Positions 1-8,595 of a DNA stretch of 64,000 nucleotides are shown in pieces (position 1 is the first letter of the stretch; every line of letters starts with the position of its first letter). Source of the stretch: a virus; the IMG/VR virus record IMGVR_UViG_3300009103_000007, positions 32,001 to 96,000 of that record; one strand, written 5' to 3'. The notes beneath the pieces are model-generated. The model ran no database searches, was not told where the DNA came from, and was given only the letters and a program-made list of their open reading frames with translations. The translations under genes were made by a program, and so were the position numbers.

Positions 1-2
1 TA

Positions 3-950
3 AGTTTAGCTAAGGCCTCAGGAGCAGACGCCGTAAAATTTCAACATTTTCAGGCAAATTCTTTCATAAGTGCTGCAGGGTTTGATTCCCTCGACGGCCG
101 TAAATCTCATCAAGACACATGGAAAAAGAGTGTATACAAGGTGTACGAGGACGCCTCAATACCCCTTACGTGGACTGAGGAGTTGATAACTTACTGCAGT
201 GAAATTGATATTACATTTTTTTCTTCTCCATACGGCTTGGACATGGTGAAACACTTGAGCCAGCATGTGCCCGCTTGGAAAATTGGCAGTGGAGATATAA
301 ACTTCCATGCCCAACTAGAAAAGGTTGCGCGCACACAAAAGCCAGTCATGCTTGCCACTGGCGCCTCAACCTTAGAGGAGGTTATTGAATCTGTAGAGTT
401 ACTGAAGAAACACACAGATAAGATAGTGCTTATGCAATGTAATACAAATTATACTGCTGGCGAAGAAAATTTTGATCACATAAACCTAAACGTTCTTAAC
501 ACTTATGGCACCTTATTCCCTGATGTTATATTGGGGCTGAGTGACCATACGCTTGGTCACGAAACAGTCCTTGGCTCCATCGCTCTTGGAGCTCGGGTGA
601 TAGAAAAACACTTTACAGATGATAATACTCGCATCGGCCCCGACCATGCATTCAGCATGAACCCGGACACTTGGTCTCAGATGGTCAGAAGTAGTCGTAT
701 CTTGGAGCGCTCTCTTGGATCCCCAATTAAGAAAGTGTGCGAAAATGAAAAAGAAACTGTCATACTACAAAGAAGGGCCCTTTATGCGACAGAAGATATT
801 CCCGCTGGCACTTATTTAAAAAACAGCATGTTTGAACCAAAGCGCCCATCTCTAGGGGGGTGCGTGAACATTAATTCTTTTTTAGGCGAGAGGAAAACAA
901 GAAAGCCGATTAAGAGTGGGAGTTGTTTAAGGGAAGACCACTTGGAATGA
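3..950 (+). CDS. neuB: NeuB/PseI/LegI-family nonulosonic acid synthase with C-terminal SAF domain (5'-truncated by window edge)
   Basis: Frame is open from nt 3 and reads ...ASGADAVKFQ..., upstream of the listed GTG at 141. Contains KIGSGD, LATGAS, GLSDHT, VIEKHFT and GPDH motifs plus a C-terminal RRALYATEDIPAG..KRP SAF-like tail. Confidence 0.92.
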   Translation, partial: SLAKASGADAVKFQHFQANSFISAAGFDSLDGRKSHQDTWKKSVYKVYEDASIPLTWTEELITYCSEIDITFFSSPYGLDMVKHLSQHVPAWKIGSGDINFHAQLEKVARTQKPVMLATGASTLEEVIESVELLKKHTDKIVLMQCNTNYTAGEENFDHINLNVLNTYGTLFPDVILGLSDHTLGHETVLGSIALGARVIEKHFTDDNTRIGPDHAFSMNPDTWSQMVRSSRILERSLGSPIKKVCENEKETVILQRRALYATEDIPAGTYLKNSMFEPKRPSLGGCVNINSFLGERKTRKPIKSGSCLREDHLE

Positions 951-1468
951 CATCGCTGACACTCAGTCCCATCGAGCGCTCCGATTTAGCCTTGATTCAA
1001 AGTTGGAGAAACTCCAAAAAAGTGTTACCTTATGTGAGAGAATATCGCCTCTTATCTTTAGAGCATGTGGAAAAGTGGTTCGAGGACATGATATTGGATG
1101 ATAAATTCCAGATGTTTATGATGCACCACCAGTCAATTCCGATTGGAATTTGTGGCCTGACATACATAAATTGGCAAAACCGGCATGCCGATCTACACTT
1201 TGCAATCTACAAAGATGACAAGTGGATAGATGACAGATACGCTCCAGAGTTTTATAAAATAATTGCTGATTATGCATTTGGGGACCTTAATTTGAATAAA
1301 ATGTATGTTGAGGTCTATGAAAATGATCACAAAAAAATATCCTTTTTCGAAAGTCAACATTTTAAACTAGATGGCAGAAATAGACAGCATTATTATCACA
1401 AAGGCGAATATTTGGATTCACTCATTTACAGCATTCTGAAGGTCGAATATTTAGGAGAGAATTTATGA
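947..1468 (+). CDS. GNAT N-acetyltransferase, PseH/RimJ-like
   Basis: ATG at 947 overlaps the upstream stop (ATGA). DLALIQSWRNS..V, AFGDLNLNKMYVEVYEND and F..DGR.RQHYY..GEY.DS..YSIL are typical of PseH/RimL acetyltransferases; sits directly after a PseI-like synthase. Confidence 0.8.
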   Translation: MTSLTLSPIERSDLALIQSWRNSKKVLPYVREYRLLSLEHVEKWFEDMILDDKFQMFMMHHQSIPIGICGLTYINWQNRHADLHFAIYKDDKWIDDRYAPEFYKIIADYAFGDLNLNKMYVEVYENDHKKISFFESQHFKLDGRNRQHYYHKGEYLDSLIYSILKVEYLGENL

Positions 1469-2340
1469 AACTATTCATCCTTGGTCCTGGTTCGTCACTA
1501 AATCACCATATAGAGGAAATAAAAAAAGCATCAATTACTGAAAAGTTACTGGCCTTTCAAAATGTTTTTCCAAATTGCGTAGATCATTTTGATGTGGTGC
1601 CAGATTACTGGGTTTCAGGGGATCCGAACGCCTATATGCAGGGGTTTAGATATTTGATGAACACCACGGACAAGAGGTTTCTGAAGATGCAAATATTGAT
1701 ACCCGACATCTTTACTAAAGGAATTATTGAATATAGAAGGTACTGTGGGACGACTCCGCTTATAAGAGCTGCTGGTGCATGGCAAGAGTTTGAATACCTG
1801 TTGAAAGAAGTGAGAAAGAGATATAATACAAGGGTGGTGAAATGCACAACAACTAAATTTATTAAAGATCCCTCGCATCAATCGGCAGCTTTAAAAGAAA
1901 ATGATATTTTTGGTGAAAATGCTTTTTATCGATTTATGCATCATGTGCCAATTTTTGGCACTGTTGAGTTTGACAGTGAATCTGTCATAGGGGACAGATA
2001 TAAGTGGGGGCTGGAAAACAAGCTAAGTAGTATAGTTTTTCCAATAGCATATTATTTAAGAGCAAAGCAGGTATATATAGCCGGCTTCGACTTTCAAGGT
2101 CCAAGATTCTATAGCGACGACGAAAGGCATCCGTGGTCTGATGAGTCTCAAGCCAATTCTGTGGTAGAATTTCCTTTAAGAATTATCAAAAAATGGTTAC
2201 AATGGAGTAGATTCCATGGAATGGAACTATTCAGTATAGTTGATGAAAAGTGGTCACTGTTGAACAAGGTGATACCACATAAAAAAATTACAGACGTTTA
2301 TAAGGAGAAACAATGTTTAACCCATACAAAGACACGCTAA
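1465..2340 (+). CDS. Maf/DUF115/CstII-like putative nonulosonate glycosyltransferase (copy 1)
   Basis: N-terminal FILGPGSSL, central VVPDYWVSGDP and C-terminal AYYLRAKQVYIAGFDFQGPRFY match the GxGPS...PD..V..DP...LG.K.IYL.G.D pattern of this fold. Confidence 0.6.
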   Translation: MKLFILGPGSSLNHHIEEIKKASITEKLLAFQNVFPNCVDHFDVVPDYWVSGDPNAYMQGFRYLMNTTDKRFLKMQILIPDIFTKGIIEYRRYCGTTPLIRAAGAWQEFEYLLKEVRKRYNTRVVKCTTTKFIKDPSHQSAALKENDIFGENAFYRFMHHVPIFGTVEFDSESVIGDRYKWGLENKLSSIVFPIAYYLRAKQVYIAGFDFQGPRFYSDDERHPWSDESQANSVVEFPLRIIKKWLQWSRFHGMELFSIVDEKWSLLNKVIPHKKITDVYKEKQCLTHTKTR

Positions 2341-3179
2341 ATTTGCCATTTGTGATTGCTGAAATTGGCATTAATCACAATGGGGACATTGAGCTTGCAA
2401 AGAAATTAATTGATTTAGCGGTTGACTCAGGGTGTCAAGCCGTAAAATTTCAAAAAAGAGATATAGATGTGGTATACACACAAGAATATCTAGATTCAGC
2501 CCGTCAATCACCGTGGGGCACTACCCAAAGAGAACAGAAGCTTGGATTGGAATTTGGCAAGAAAGAGTATGATATTATAGATGATTATTGCAAACAGAAG
2601 GGAATTTTATGGTCTGCTTCCGCTTGGGACCTAGAGAGTCAAATCTTTTTGAGACAATATGATCTCCCTTTCAACAAGGTGGCTTCTGCTATGTTGACTC
2701 ACAAAGAGCTTCTTAAAGAAATTGCAAATGAGGGCCGCCACACTTTTATTTCTACTGGTATGAGCACCTTTGGAGACATTGACGATGCAATAGGAATTTT
2801 TGAAGCAGCAGGTTGTCCAATTACGTTATTTCATTGTGTGTCCACGTATCCGTGTAAAGACGAGGATTGTAATATAAATCTTATCAAGACATTGAAGGAA
2901 AGATATGGGGTTCCTGTGGGATATAGCGGCCACGAAGAGGGGATCCTTCCTTCAATACTGGCTGTTTCTGTTGGGGCTGTGGCCTTAGAGAGACACATTA
3001 CACTAGATAAGAATATGTATGGTTCTGATCAATCTGCGTCGATTGAGAGGGAGGATTTGGTGAGACTCGTGGAGGAGACTAGAAAGGTGACTAACACGAT
3101 GGGTACTGGTCAGAAATTCTTTCTACAACATGAGCGTCCTGTCGCGACCAAATTACGATATTTTGAAGTTGTGGGGTAG
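2313..3179 (+). CDS. neuB: NeuB-family N-acetylneuraminate/KDN(-9-phosphate) synthase, short form lacking SAF domain
   Basis: FVIAEIGINHNGDIELAKKLID, AVKFQKR, ISTGMS, LFHCVSTYP, VGYSGHE, ERHITLDK and GSDQSAS motifs; AAGGAG RBS before the ATG; protein ends at 288 aa. Confidence 0.93.
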   Translation: MFNPYKDTLNLPFVIAEIGINHNGDIELAKKLIDLAVDSGCQAVKFQKRDIDVVYTQEYLDSARQSPWGTTQREQKLGLEFGKKEYDIIDDYCKQKGILWSASAWDLESQIFLRQYDLPFNKVASAMLTHKELLKEIANEGRHTFISTGMSTFGDIDDAIGIFEAAGCPITLFHCVSTYPCKDEDCNINLIKTLKERYGVPVGYSGHEEGILPSILAVSVGAVALERHITLDKNMYGSDQSASIEREDLVRLVEETRKVTNTMGTGQKFFLQHERPVATKLRYFEVVG

Positions 3180-3192
3180 CGTGGCCGGTAAT

Positions 3193-3534
3193 ATGAAATT
3201 TGTTCCCAAGGGATGGGGATTTGAGAAGTGGATAGTGAACAAAGAGCAATATTGTGGCAAGTTGTTGTATTTTGTGAAAGACAAGAGGTGCTCGTGGCAT
3301 TATCATAAGATTAAAGATGAAGTGTTTTATATACAATCTGGCAAAATACTCGTTAAATATTCTGATCAAGATGATATAACCCTTGCTGAGGAAAAGATCT
3401 TAACAAAAGGTGATAATTTTCACGTATATGTTGGCTTGAGACATCAGATGGTAGCTTTAGAAGATACAGAATTATTCGAATTCTCGACTCAGCACTTTGA
3501 TGAAGACAGTTATAGGATTGTGAAAGGTGATTAA
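3193..3534 (+). CDS. Cupin-fold protein (mannose-6-phosphate isomerase / sugar isomerase-like)
   Basis: VPKGWGFE, CSWHYHKIKDEVFYIQSG and H..VGLRHQMVA cupin metal motifs. ATG at 3193 preferred over 3130, which overlaps neuB. Confidence 0.75.
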   Translation: MKFVPKGWGFEKWIVNKEQYCGKLLYFVKDKRCSWHYHKIKDEVFYIQSGKILVKYSDQDDITLAEEKILTKGDNFHVYVGLRHQMVALEDTELFEFSTQHFDEDSYRIVKGD

Positions 3535-4231
3535 GAATATTGACGAAATAGCTGTACTTGTCCAGGCAAGAATGTCGTCAGAAAGGTGTCCTGGTAAAAT
3601 GTTGAGACCCTTTGCTGAATCCAACCTTGTTGATATAACACTAAAAAAACTCAAAACTTCAAAAGTTTTCCCCAAAGAGAATATAGTGTTTGCAGCTGCA
3701 GAGCAAGAGTTATTGTCTGTTGCGATAGAAAATGGCGTGAATTGCTTTGTTAGGTCACACGAATCTTCGATGTGGGATGGCGGCCCCAATGCACATTTGA
3801 CTGGAATGTACGAGTGGTGGGATAAAATACCATTCAAATATGTAGTTCTTGTCAATGCTTGTACTCCGCTTTTGGCAATAGAGACTATAGACAATTTTGT
3901 AGAAGAGTATGTTAAATGTGAATCTAATGGCGCTTTTGGCGTGATAGATAAAATGAATTATTTTTGGGATGAAAATTTTAATCTACTAACCCCATTAAGA
4001 GATGCTGCCATGAATACAAAAAATGTTCAAAAAACCTACGAAGCAGCCCATTGCCTATATGCTAGTGCACTGGGGAGCATCGGGGAGAACATATGGATGG
4101 GCGACTTTAATGTTCCGGGAGAAATCGAACTTATTCCGATTAATGAAGAGGAATGTTACGACATAGATTATGAGTGGCAGTTTCCCATTGTGGAAGCAAT
4201 TTATAAATTAGAGTTTGATAATGATCGTTAA
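3527..4231 (+). CDS. neuA: CMP-nonulosonate synthetase (NeuA/PseF/KdsB-like cytidylyltransferase)
   Basis: AVLVQARMSSERCPGKMLRPFA, VLVNACTPLL and C-terminal EEECYDIDYEWQF motifs. Confidence 0.85.
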   Translation: MIKNIDEIAVLVQARMSSERCPGKMLRPFAESNLVDITLKKLKTSKVFPKENIVFAAAEQELLSVAIENGVNCFVRSHESSMWDGGPNAHLTGMYEWWDKIPFKYVVLVNACTPLLAIETIDNFVEEYVKCESNGAFGVIDKMNYFWDENFNLLTPLRDAAMNTKNVQKTYEAAHCLYASALGSIGENIWMGDFNVPGEIELIPINEEECYDIDYEWQFPIVEAIYKLEFDNDR

Positions 4232-5162
4232 TGGGTGTAAATTGGTTGCGGTTTCTGGAGAAATTATAGACAGCGACCCTTCTATTCAGCGCGCTTTCGA
4301 TGAATATGTTAGTGCGATCGGACACACCCCAAGGGACACTGTTTGGTATGATATCGAAGATTCTGTTTGTTTTGGATCTGATATGAATTATCTGAACTCC
4401 CCTAGACACGAAACGTGCTACCTAACAGATAGGGAATTTTTCATCAAAGATCCTCGCTATGGGTTGCCTTACTTTGATATTTATCGTGGCAGCGGTTATA
4501 AACTAAACGAACTGTATGTTGATAACGATATAATAGTCGAAAAGAATGTAAAAACTGAAAGGTACAGGGATTCGACAGTTTTAATCGTCGGCGCAGGCCC
4601 ATCTTTTAAAATGGCAAACATTCAGGAGGAGGAGTATGATCACCTCTGGATATGTAATGACGGGCACTCAACTAAGATGCCAGCTTCTTTATTTTATATG
4701 TCTAATACTTCTCAGACCCTTGGCACATCAAAAGAATATATGGAACTCAATAGAAATACCATAGGGTGTTTTGATATTAATGTGGTGAGAGATATAGGTT
4801 TAATGAAAGAATATCAGTCGAAGTTTGGCGAGAGAATGTTTTTGTTTAGCACTAGAGTTTTCACATCAATTGGTACGGTTCCTCGTTTAATAAATCTTGC
4901 TTCTCATCTGGGTGCCTCTAAGGTTAAATTTGTGGGCATGGATGGGCACTCTAAGGAGCATTTCAGTTCTGGGAAATCTTTCTCTTCATTCGAATTAACA
5001 TTAAAGGATATACCAAAGGGTCAAAACTACAGTAACCAGAGACGAGAATATTTATTATTCTGGGAATATATGAAAAAGAAATACCCTTCGGTTGAATTTG
5101 ATAATCTTGGAAAAGTGTACGAACATAATGTAACATCTAGGATCTTGGGATTTTTACCATGA
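4221..5162 (+). CDS. Maf/DUF115/CstII-like putative nonulosonate glycosyltransferase (copy 2)
   Basis: VLIVGAGPSF, HLWICND and LASHLGASKVKFVGMDG motifs. ATG at 4221 preferred to TTG at 4215. Confidence 0.6.
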   Translation: MIVNGCKLVAVSGEIIDSDPSIQRAFDEYVSAIGHTPRDTVWYDIEDSVCFGSDMNYLNSPRHETCYLTDREFFIKDPRYGLPYFDIYRGSGYKLNELYVDNDIIVEKNVKTERYRDSTVLIVGAGPSFKMANIQEEEYDHLWICNDGHSTKMPASLFYMSNTSQTLGTSKEYMELNRNTIGCFDINVVRDIGLMKEYQSKFGERMFLFSTRVFTSIGTVPRLINLASHLGASKVKFVGMDGHSKEHFSSGKSFSSFELTLKDIPKGQNYSNQRREYLLFWEYMKKKYPSVEFDNLGKVYEHNVTSRILGFLP

Positions 5163-5872
5163 AGTGTATTATTTGTTCTTGTGATAGTGATGTCAAAGCA
5201 GAGGATGTTTACCAATGCACATCTTGTGGTCACATATACCGGCACTTTCGAGGTGACTTGGAAGAATTTCATAGAGATAGGTATCGTACAGACCCACAAC
5301 GCCAACATAAACTTAAAGATGCCCCTGTGCGCAGAATGTTTGCTTCCAATATAGTGAGTACCATTAGTGAGCACATACCAAAGTCACCCTCATCAAGGAT
5401 ATTTGAAGTTGGATGTGGGTCAGGGTTTCTTTTAGAACAGATATCAAAAGACACAGAAGCTCAGTTAGTTGGCTGCGAATTAGACGAGGGGGTGTTAAGG
5501 ACAGCGCTAGCTTTGAATCCGGAAACATATATTATCAATGATAATTTCATGAATATAGAAAACATTGATCAAGTTGATCTTATAGTTGCCGTGGATGTTT
5601 TGGAGCATATTTTGCACGTCCGAGAGTTTTTAAGAAAGTGCCACAAGATGTTATCCGAAAAGGCATGTTTGGTTTTGCAAGTTCCAATTGACCGCCCCTC
5701 CATGTTCCGTCCCCCAAATCCTAATTTCGACGGGCATGTTCATTACTTTAATGAAGGGTCTATCAGGAAACTCCTCAGTGAGTTGTTTTTCACGGTGGAA
5801 AAAGTGATAAAGACTCAGAGAGGGCACACAGCACATGGCACAGAAATGATAATAATAGGAAAGAAAAAATGA
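5159..5872 (+). CDS. Class I SAM-dependent methyltransferase with N-terminal Cys-rich zinc-binding segment
   Basis: CIIC...CTSCGH at the N-terminus; IFEVGCGSGFLL motif I; DLIVAVDVLEHI and L..KACLVLQVP. Confidence 0.88.
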   Translation: MKCIICSCDSDVKAEDVYQCTSCGHIYRHFRGDLEEFHRDRYRTDPQRQHKLKDAPVRRMFASNIVSTISEHIPKSPSSRIFEVGCGSGFLLEQISKDTEAQLVGCELDEGVLRTALALNPETYIINDNFMNIENIDQVDLIVAVDVLEHILHVREFLRKCHKMLSEKACLVLQVPIDRPSMFRPPNPNFDGHVHYFNEGSIRKLLSELFFTVEKVIKTQRGHTAHGTEMIIIGKKK

Positions 5873-6180
5873 TCATATATATAGACATTGATGAAACAAT
5901 CTGCGTTACTTCGACAGATAGAAATTATAAAAATTCCAAACCCCTTTATCCTCGCATAAAGGAAATAAATGATTTATACGAACAAGGCAATAAGATAGTT
6001 TACTGGACTGCCCGCGGCAGCACAACCGGTATAGATTGGACCGATTTAACCCGATCTCAACTTGATGAGTGGGGTGCAAAATTTCACGATGTGAAACTCG
6101 GAAAGCCTCATTTTGATTTATATATATGTGATAAATCAATAAATTCAGAAGAATATTTCAACACAAAGGAGAAAAAATGA
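5869..6180 (+). CDS. Small HAD-superfamily phosphatase (capsule-biosynthesis phosphatase-like)
   Basis: IYIDIDETI motif I, YWTARG motif II, GKP motif III, LYICDK motif IV; cap-less 103 aa. Confidence 0.85.
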   Translation: MIIYIDIDETICVTSTDRNYKNSKPLYPRIKEINDLYEQGNKIVYWTARGSTTGIDWTDLTRSQLDEWGAKFHDVKLGKPHFDLYICDKSINSEEYFNTKEKK

Positions 6181-6389
6181 AATTATCAAACCAAGCATTA
6201 GGCGCCATTATGATGGCACTGCAAAAATCTTTAATGGAGCAGGAGGATATTGTTCCCATGCTAAACGAATTCAATTTTCGAATTGATTCAAATGAGATGT
6301 TGGTGGTAGAAAACCCTCCCTCATTTCAGGTATCTGAGTCGCAATTCAACGCCGATTGCGACACCAAAGCAACTACTGGCAGCGATTAG
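6177..6389 (+). CDS. Hypothetical protein (70 aa)
   Basis: ATGA overlap with upstream gene, AGGAG RBS, in operon. Confidence 0.7.
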   Translation: MKLSNQALGAIMMALQKSLMEQEDIVPMLNEFNFRIDSNEMLVVENPPSFQVSESQFNADCDTKATTGSD

Positions 6390-6390
6390 G

Positions 6391-6642
6391 ATGCCATTTT
6401 ACATATATCGCTGCGAGGCCTGCAGAGAGGAGTTTGAAATAAGGCATGGTATGTTTTATGTGCAGGAGAAATGCATCAAGTGTAATGGATCCGATTGCCT
6501 GTTTAAAGTGCCTTCTTTTAGTACTTCGAAGAAAGAGGAAGAGCTTGCAAGAAAGCCCGGCGAATTGATTGAGGAATATATGAAAGACGCAAAAGAAGAA
6601 ATAAAGAAAGAAAAAAAGAAATTAAAATCTGAGGAATTTTGA
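6391..6642 (+). CDS. FmdB-family zinc-ribbon protein
   Basis: MPFYIYRCEAC..EFE...CIKC pattern followed by a charged helical tail. Confidence 0.8.
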   Translation: MPFYIYRCEACREEFEIRHGMFYVQEKCIKCNGSDCLFKVPSFSTSKKEEELARKPGELIEEYMKDAKEEIKKEKKKLKSEEF

Positions 6643-6643
6643 G

Positions 6644-6949
6644 ATGTGGTTTACGTTGTTCGTGGTAAGTTTGGTGATTAATGTATTTGGCATCATGTAT
6701 GTGAGGTGGCTCTTGAAAACGCTGTCAAGTATAGGGGAGGACTTAGATGCTTTGAAGATGGCCATGAGTGAATACGTCGGCCATGTCAAATCAGTATATG
6801 AGCTAGAGATGTTCTATGGAGATCAGACGCTGAAATCTTTGATGGACCATGGTCGCGACCTAATTGGCAAGATAGAAGATGTGGATTTTGTTTTAAATTT
6901 AGAGGAGGAAATAGAGGTAGATGGCGAGAAAGAAACGGAAGAAGAATAA
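6644..6949 (+). CDS. Hypothetical membrane-anchored protein
   Basis: N-terminal hydrophobic segment WFTLFVVSLVINVFGIMYV followed by a helical acidic region. Confidence 0.65.
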   Translation: MWFTLFVVSLVINVFGIMYVRWLLKTLSSIGEDLDALKMAMSEYVGHVKSVYELEMFYGDQTLKSLMDHGRDLIGKIEDVDFVLNLEEEIEVDGEKETEEE

Positions 6950-7613
6950 TTATTTCACAAAAGTTCATGAAGACGCAATTGTAAGGTATTCAAAGACGGT
7001 TTGCCTGAAAGAGCGGACAGAATTGTATGTCTCTTTTATAGAGCCAGCGTTGTCGGAAATGGTAAATAAGATTATTTTTACTTACAAATTTAACACATTA
7101 CCAAATATAGATTCGTTGCGTGAAGATTGTAAAATTTGGCTGACAACCATATTAGACAAATATGATCAATCTAAGGGCTCGAAAGCATTTTCTTATTTTT
7201 CAGTTGTAACTAAAAATTGGTTTATTCACAAAGTTAAGAAAAATTCTAAAAAAGTAAAAAAAGAAGTCTCATACGAGAATCTCGTTGAGAACGGCGGAGC
7301 GCATATTCTTGGCACATCTGACGATAAAATAGTGCCATATACAGAACAAAGAATTGAAAATGAGTTTTGGAACTCTTTATTAACGCATCTTGACAGGTGG
7401 GATACGGGTAATCTTAAGCAAAATGAAAAAAATGTTTTACAAGGTGTGAAAATATTGCTACACAACGTTGATGATATAGATATTTTTAATAAAAAGGCGG
7501 TGTACTTGTATCTTAGAGAATTAACTGGCTTGAACACTAAGCAGGTAGTAAACAATTTAAACAAACTACGTGAAAAATATAGAATATTCAAGACAAGGTG
7601 GGATAGGGAATAA
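6921..7613 (+). CDS. Phage-encoded RNA polymerase sigma factor (sigma70 region-2-like; probable late sigma, gp55-like)
   Basis: NNYFTK..EDAIVRY and LDKYDQSKGSKAFSYFSVVTKNWFI resemble sigma region 2; GAGGAGG RBS; immediately precedes the structural block. Confidence 0.72.
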   Translation: MARKKRKKNNYFTKVHEDAIVRYSKTVCLKERTELYVSFIEPALSEMVNKIIFTYKFNTLPNIDSLREDCKIWLTTILDKYDQSKGSKAFSYFSVVTKNWFIHKVKKNSKKVKKEVSYENLVENGGAHILGTSDDKIVPYTEQRIENEFWNSLLTHLDRWDTGNLKQNEKNVLQGVKILLHNVDDIDIFNKKAVYLYLRELTGLNTKQVVNNLNKLREKYRIFKTRWDRE

Positions 7614-7626
7614 AACTGCATGGACT

Positions 7627-7634
7627 CTATTTAA
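7627..7634 (+). promoter_or_regulatory. Putative late-promoter motif CTATTTAA
   Basis: Intergenic, 3 nt before ATG 7638; same core recurs before several other late genes. Confidence 0.5.
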
Positions 7635-7637
7635 TGT

Positions 7638-7931
7638 ATGACAAAGAAAAAATTAAATAATTTTATTGAAACAGCGACTCAGAATATAACAGAGGACAGG
7701 GCAGCGACCAAAACTTTATTAATGAACTTGATGAAATATATGCAAGTTTCAGACGATCGTCACAAAGAAGTCGGTTTGGTGGCTGCGAAATATCTAGAGA
7801 CTCTACAGAGATCTAATGAGCAATTGGTTAAGCTGGCTACTCTACTACAAAGGGGTCAAAAATCTCCTGGCTCGATGACTGACGAAGATAAAGAGGAATT
7901 GTTTGATTTGATAAAAGGAGAAGAAGAATGA
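7638..7931 (+). CDS. Hypothetical helical protein (97 aa)
   Basis: Clean ORF in operon; amphipathic helical sequence; ATGA overlap with the next gene. Confidence 0.7.
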   Translation: MTKKKLNNFIETATQNITEDRAATKTLLMNLMKYMQVSDDRHKEVGLVAAKYLETLQRSNEQLVKLATLLQRGQKSPGSMTDEDKEELFDLIKGEEE

Positions 7932-8575
7932 GCTGGGAAAGAATGTATGATCCGTGGCGAATCGGGCTCAAGCTAGATAGGGCAGCACCAACTATAGGCG
8001 CGCTCCAGTCCAGCGATCCAAATATGGATAAAGTCACCAAGCTGATCAACACCATGAAACAAGCCGGCAAATATGAGGCTTTCACGCACGACCACTTGAC
8101 GAATACCGGCTTGCTGGGCTTAATATTGCATACTGAAAAAACAACTGTGAATGAGGTTAAATTTATGCTCGGCGCCCATGCCGCGACCTATAAAAATTTA
8201 AAGATGGACAGCAAGACTATAATCAAGAAAGCATACGTTTTCATTCCGGAGATTTCCACCGTGTTGCCTCCTATAACTTCGTTGGGAACACCGCGCGATG
8301 GCCCTTTTAAGAAGTTTATGGACCTTGCCCGCCTCAAAGGTGAGGCAGCGACGAAGCCGAAGGAGGACAATAATAAACAGAAGTGGGAGAAGGCTGAATG
8401 TGATTACTGGAGGGCTCTTAAGGAAATAAAGAGATACCCGATAGCTTACCCTGTCGAATCCGCCGAGAGCGCGCAGAACACCATCGCGGCTGGCCGCTTT
8501 TGTATATGTCTTTTTCCCGACCCCACCAATATGTCGTTGGTAATGATCAAAGCGTCTACACAAGAATGGACCTAA
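7928..8575 (+). CDS. Hypothetical protein, possibly OB-fold baseplate hub/spike N-terminal module
   Basis: AGGAG RBS; KAYVFIPEI..VLPP...RYP....G..C.CLFPDP loosely resembles gp5/VgrG OB-fold segments; directly upstream of the spike gene. Function is inference. Confidence 0.45.
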   Translation: MSWERMYDPWRIGLKLDRAAPTIGALQSSDPNMDKVTKLINTMKQAGKYEAFTHDHLTNTGLLGLILHTEKTTVNEVKFMLGAHAATYKNLKMDSKTIIKKAYVFIPEISTVLPPITSLGTPRDGPFKKFMDLARLKGEAATKPKEDNNKQKWEKAECDYWRALKEIKRYPIAYPVESAESAQNTIAAGRFCICLFPDPTNMSLVMIKASTQEWT

Positions 8576-8595
8576 TATAATGATAGGGATTTAGA

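Noticed and set aside
7390-7420. TTGACA inside the sigma factor gene as a promoter
   Set aside because: No acceptable -10 hexamer at 16-18 nt spacing.
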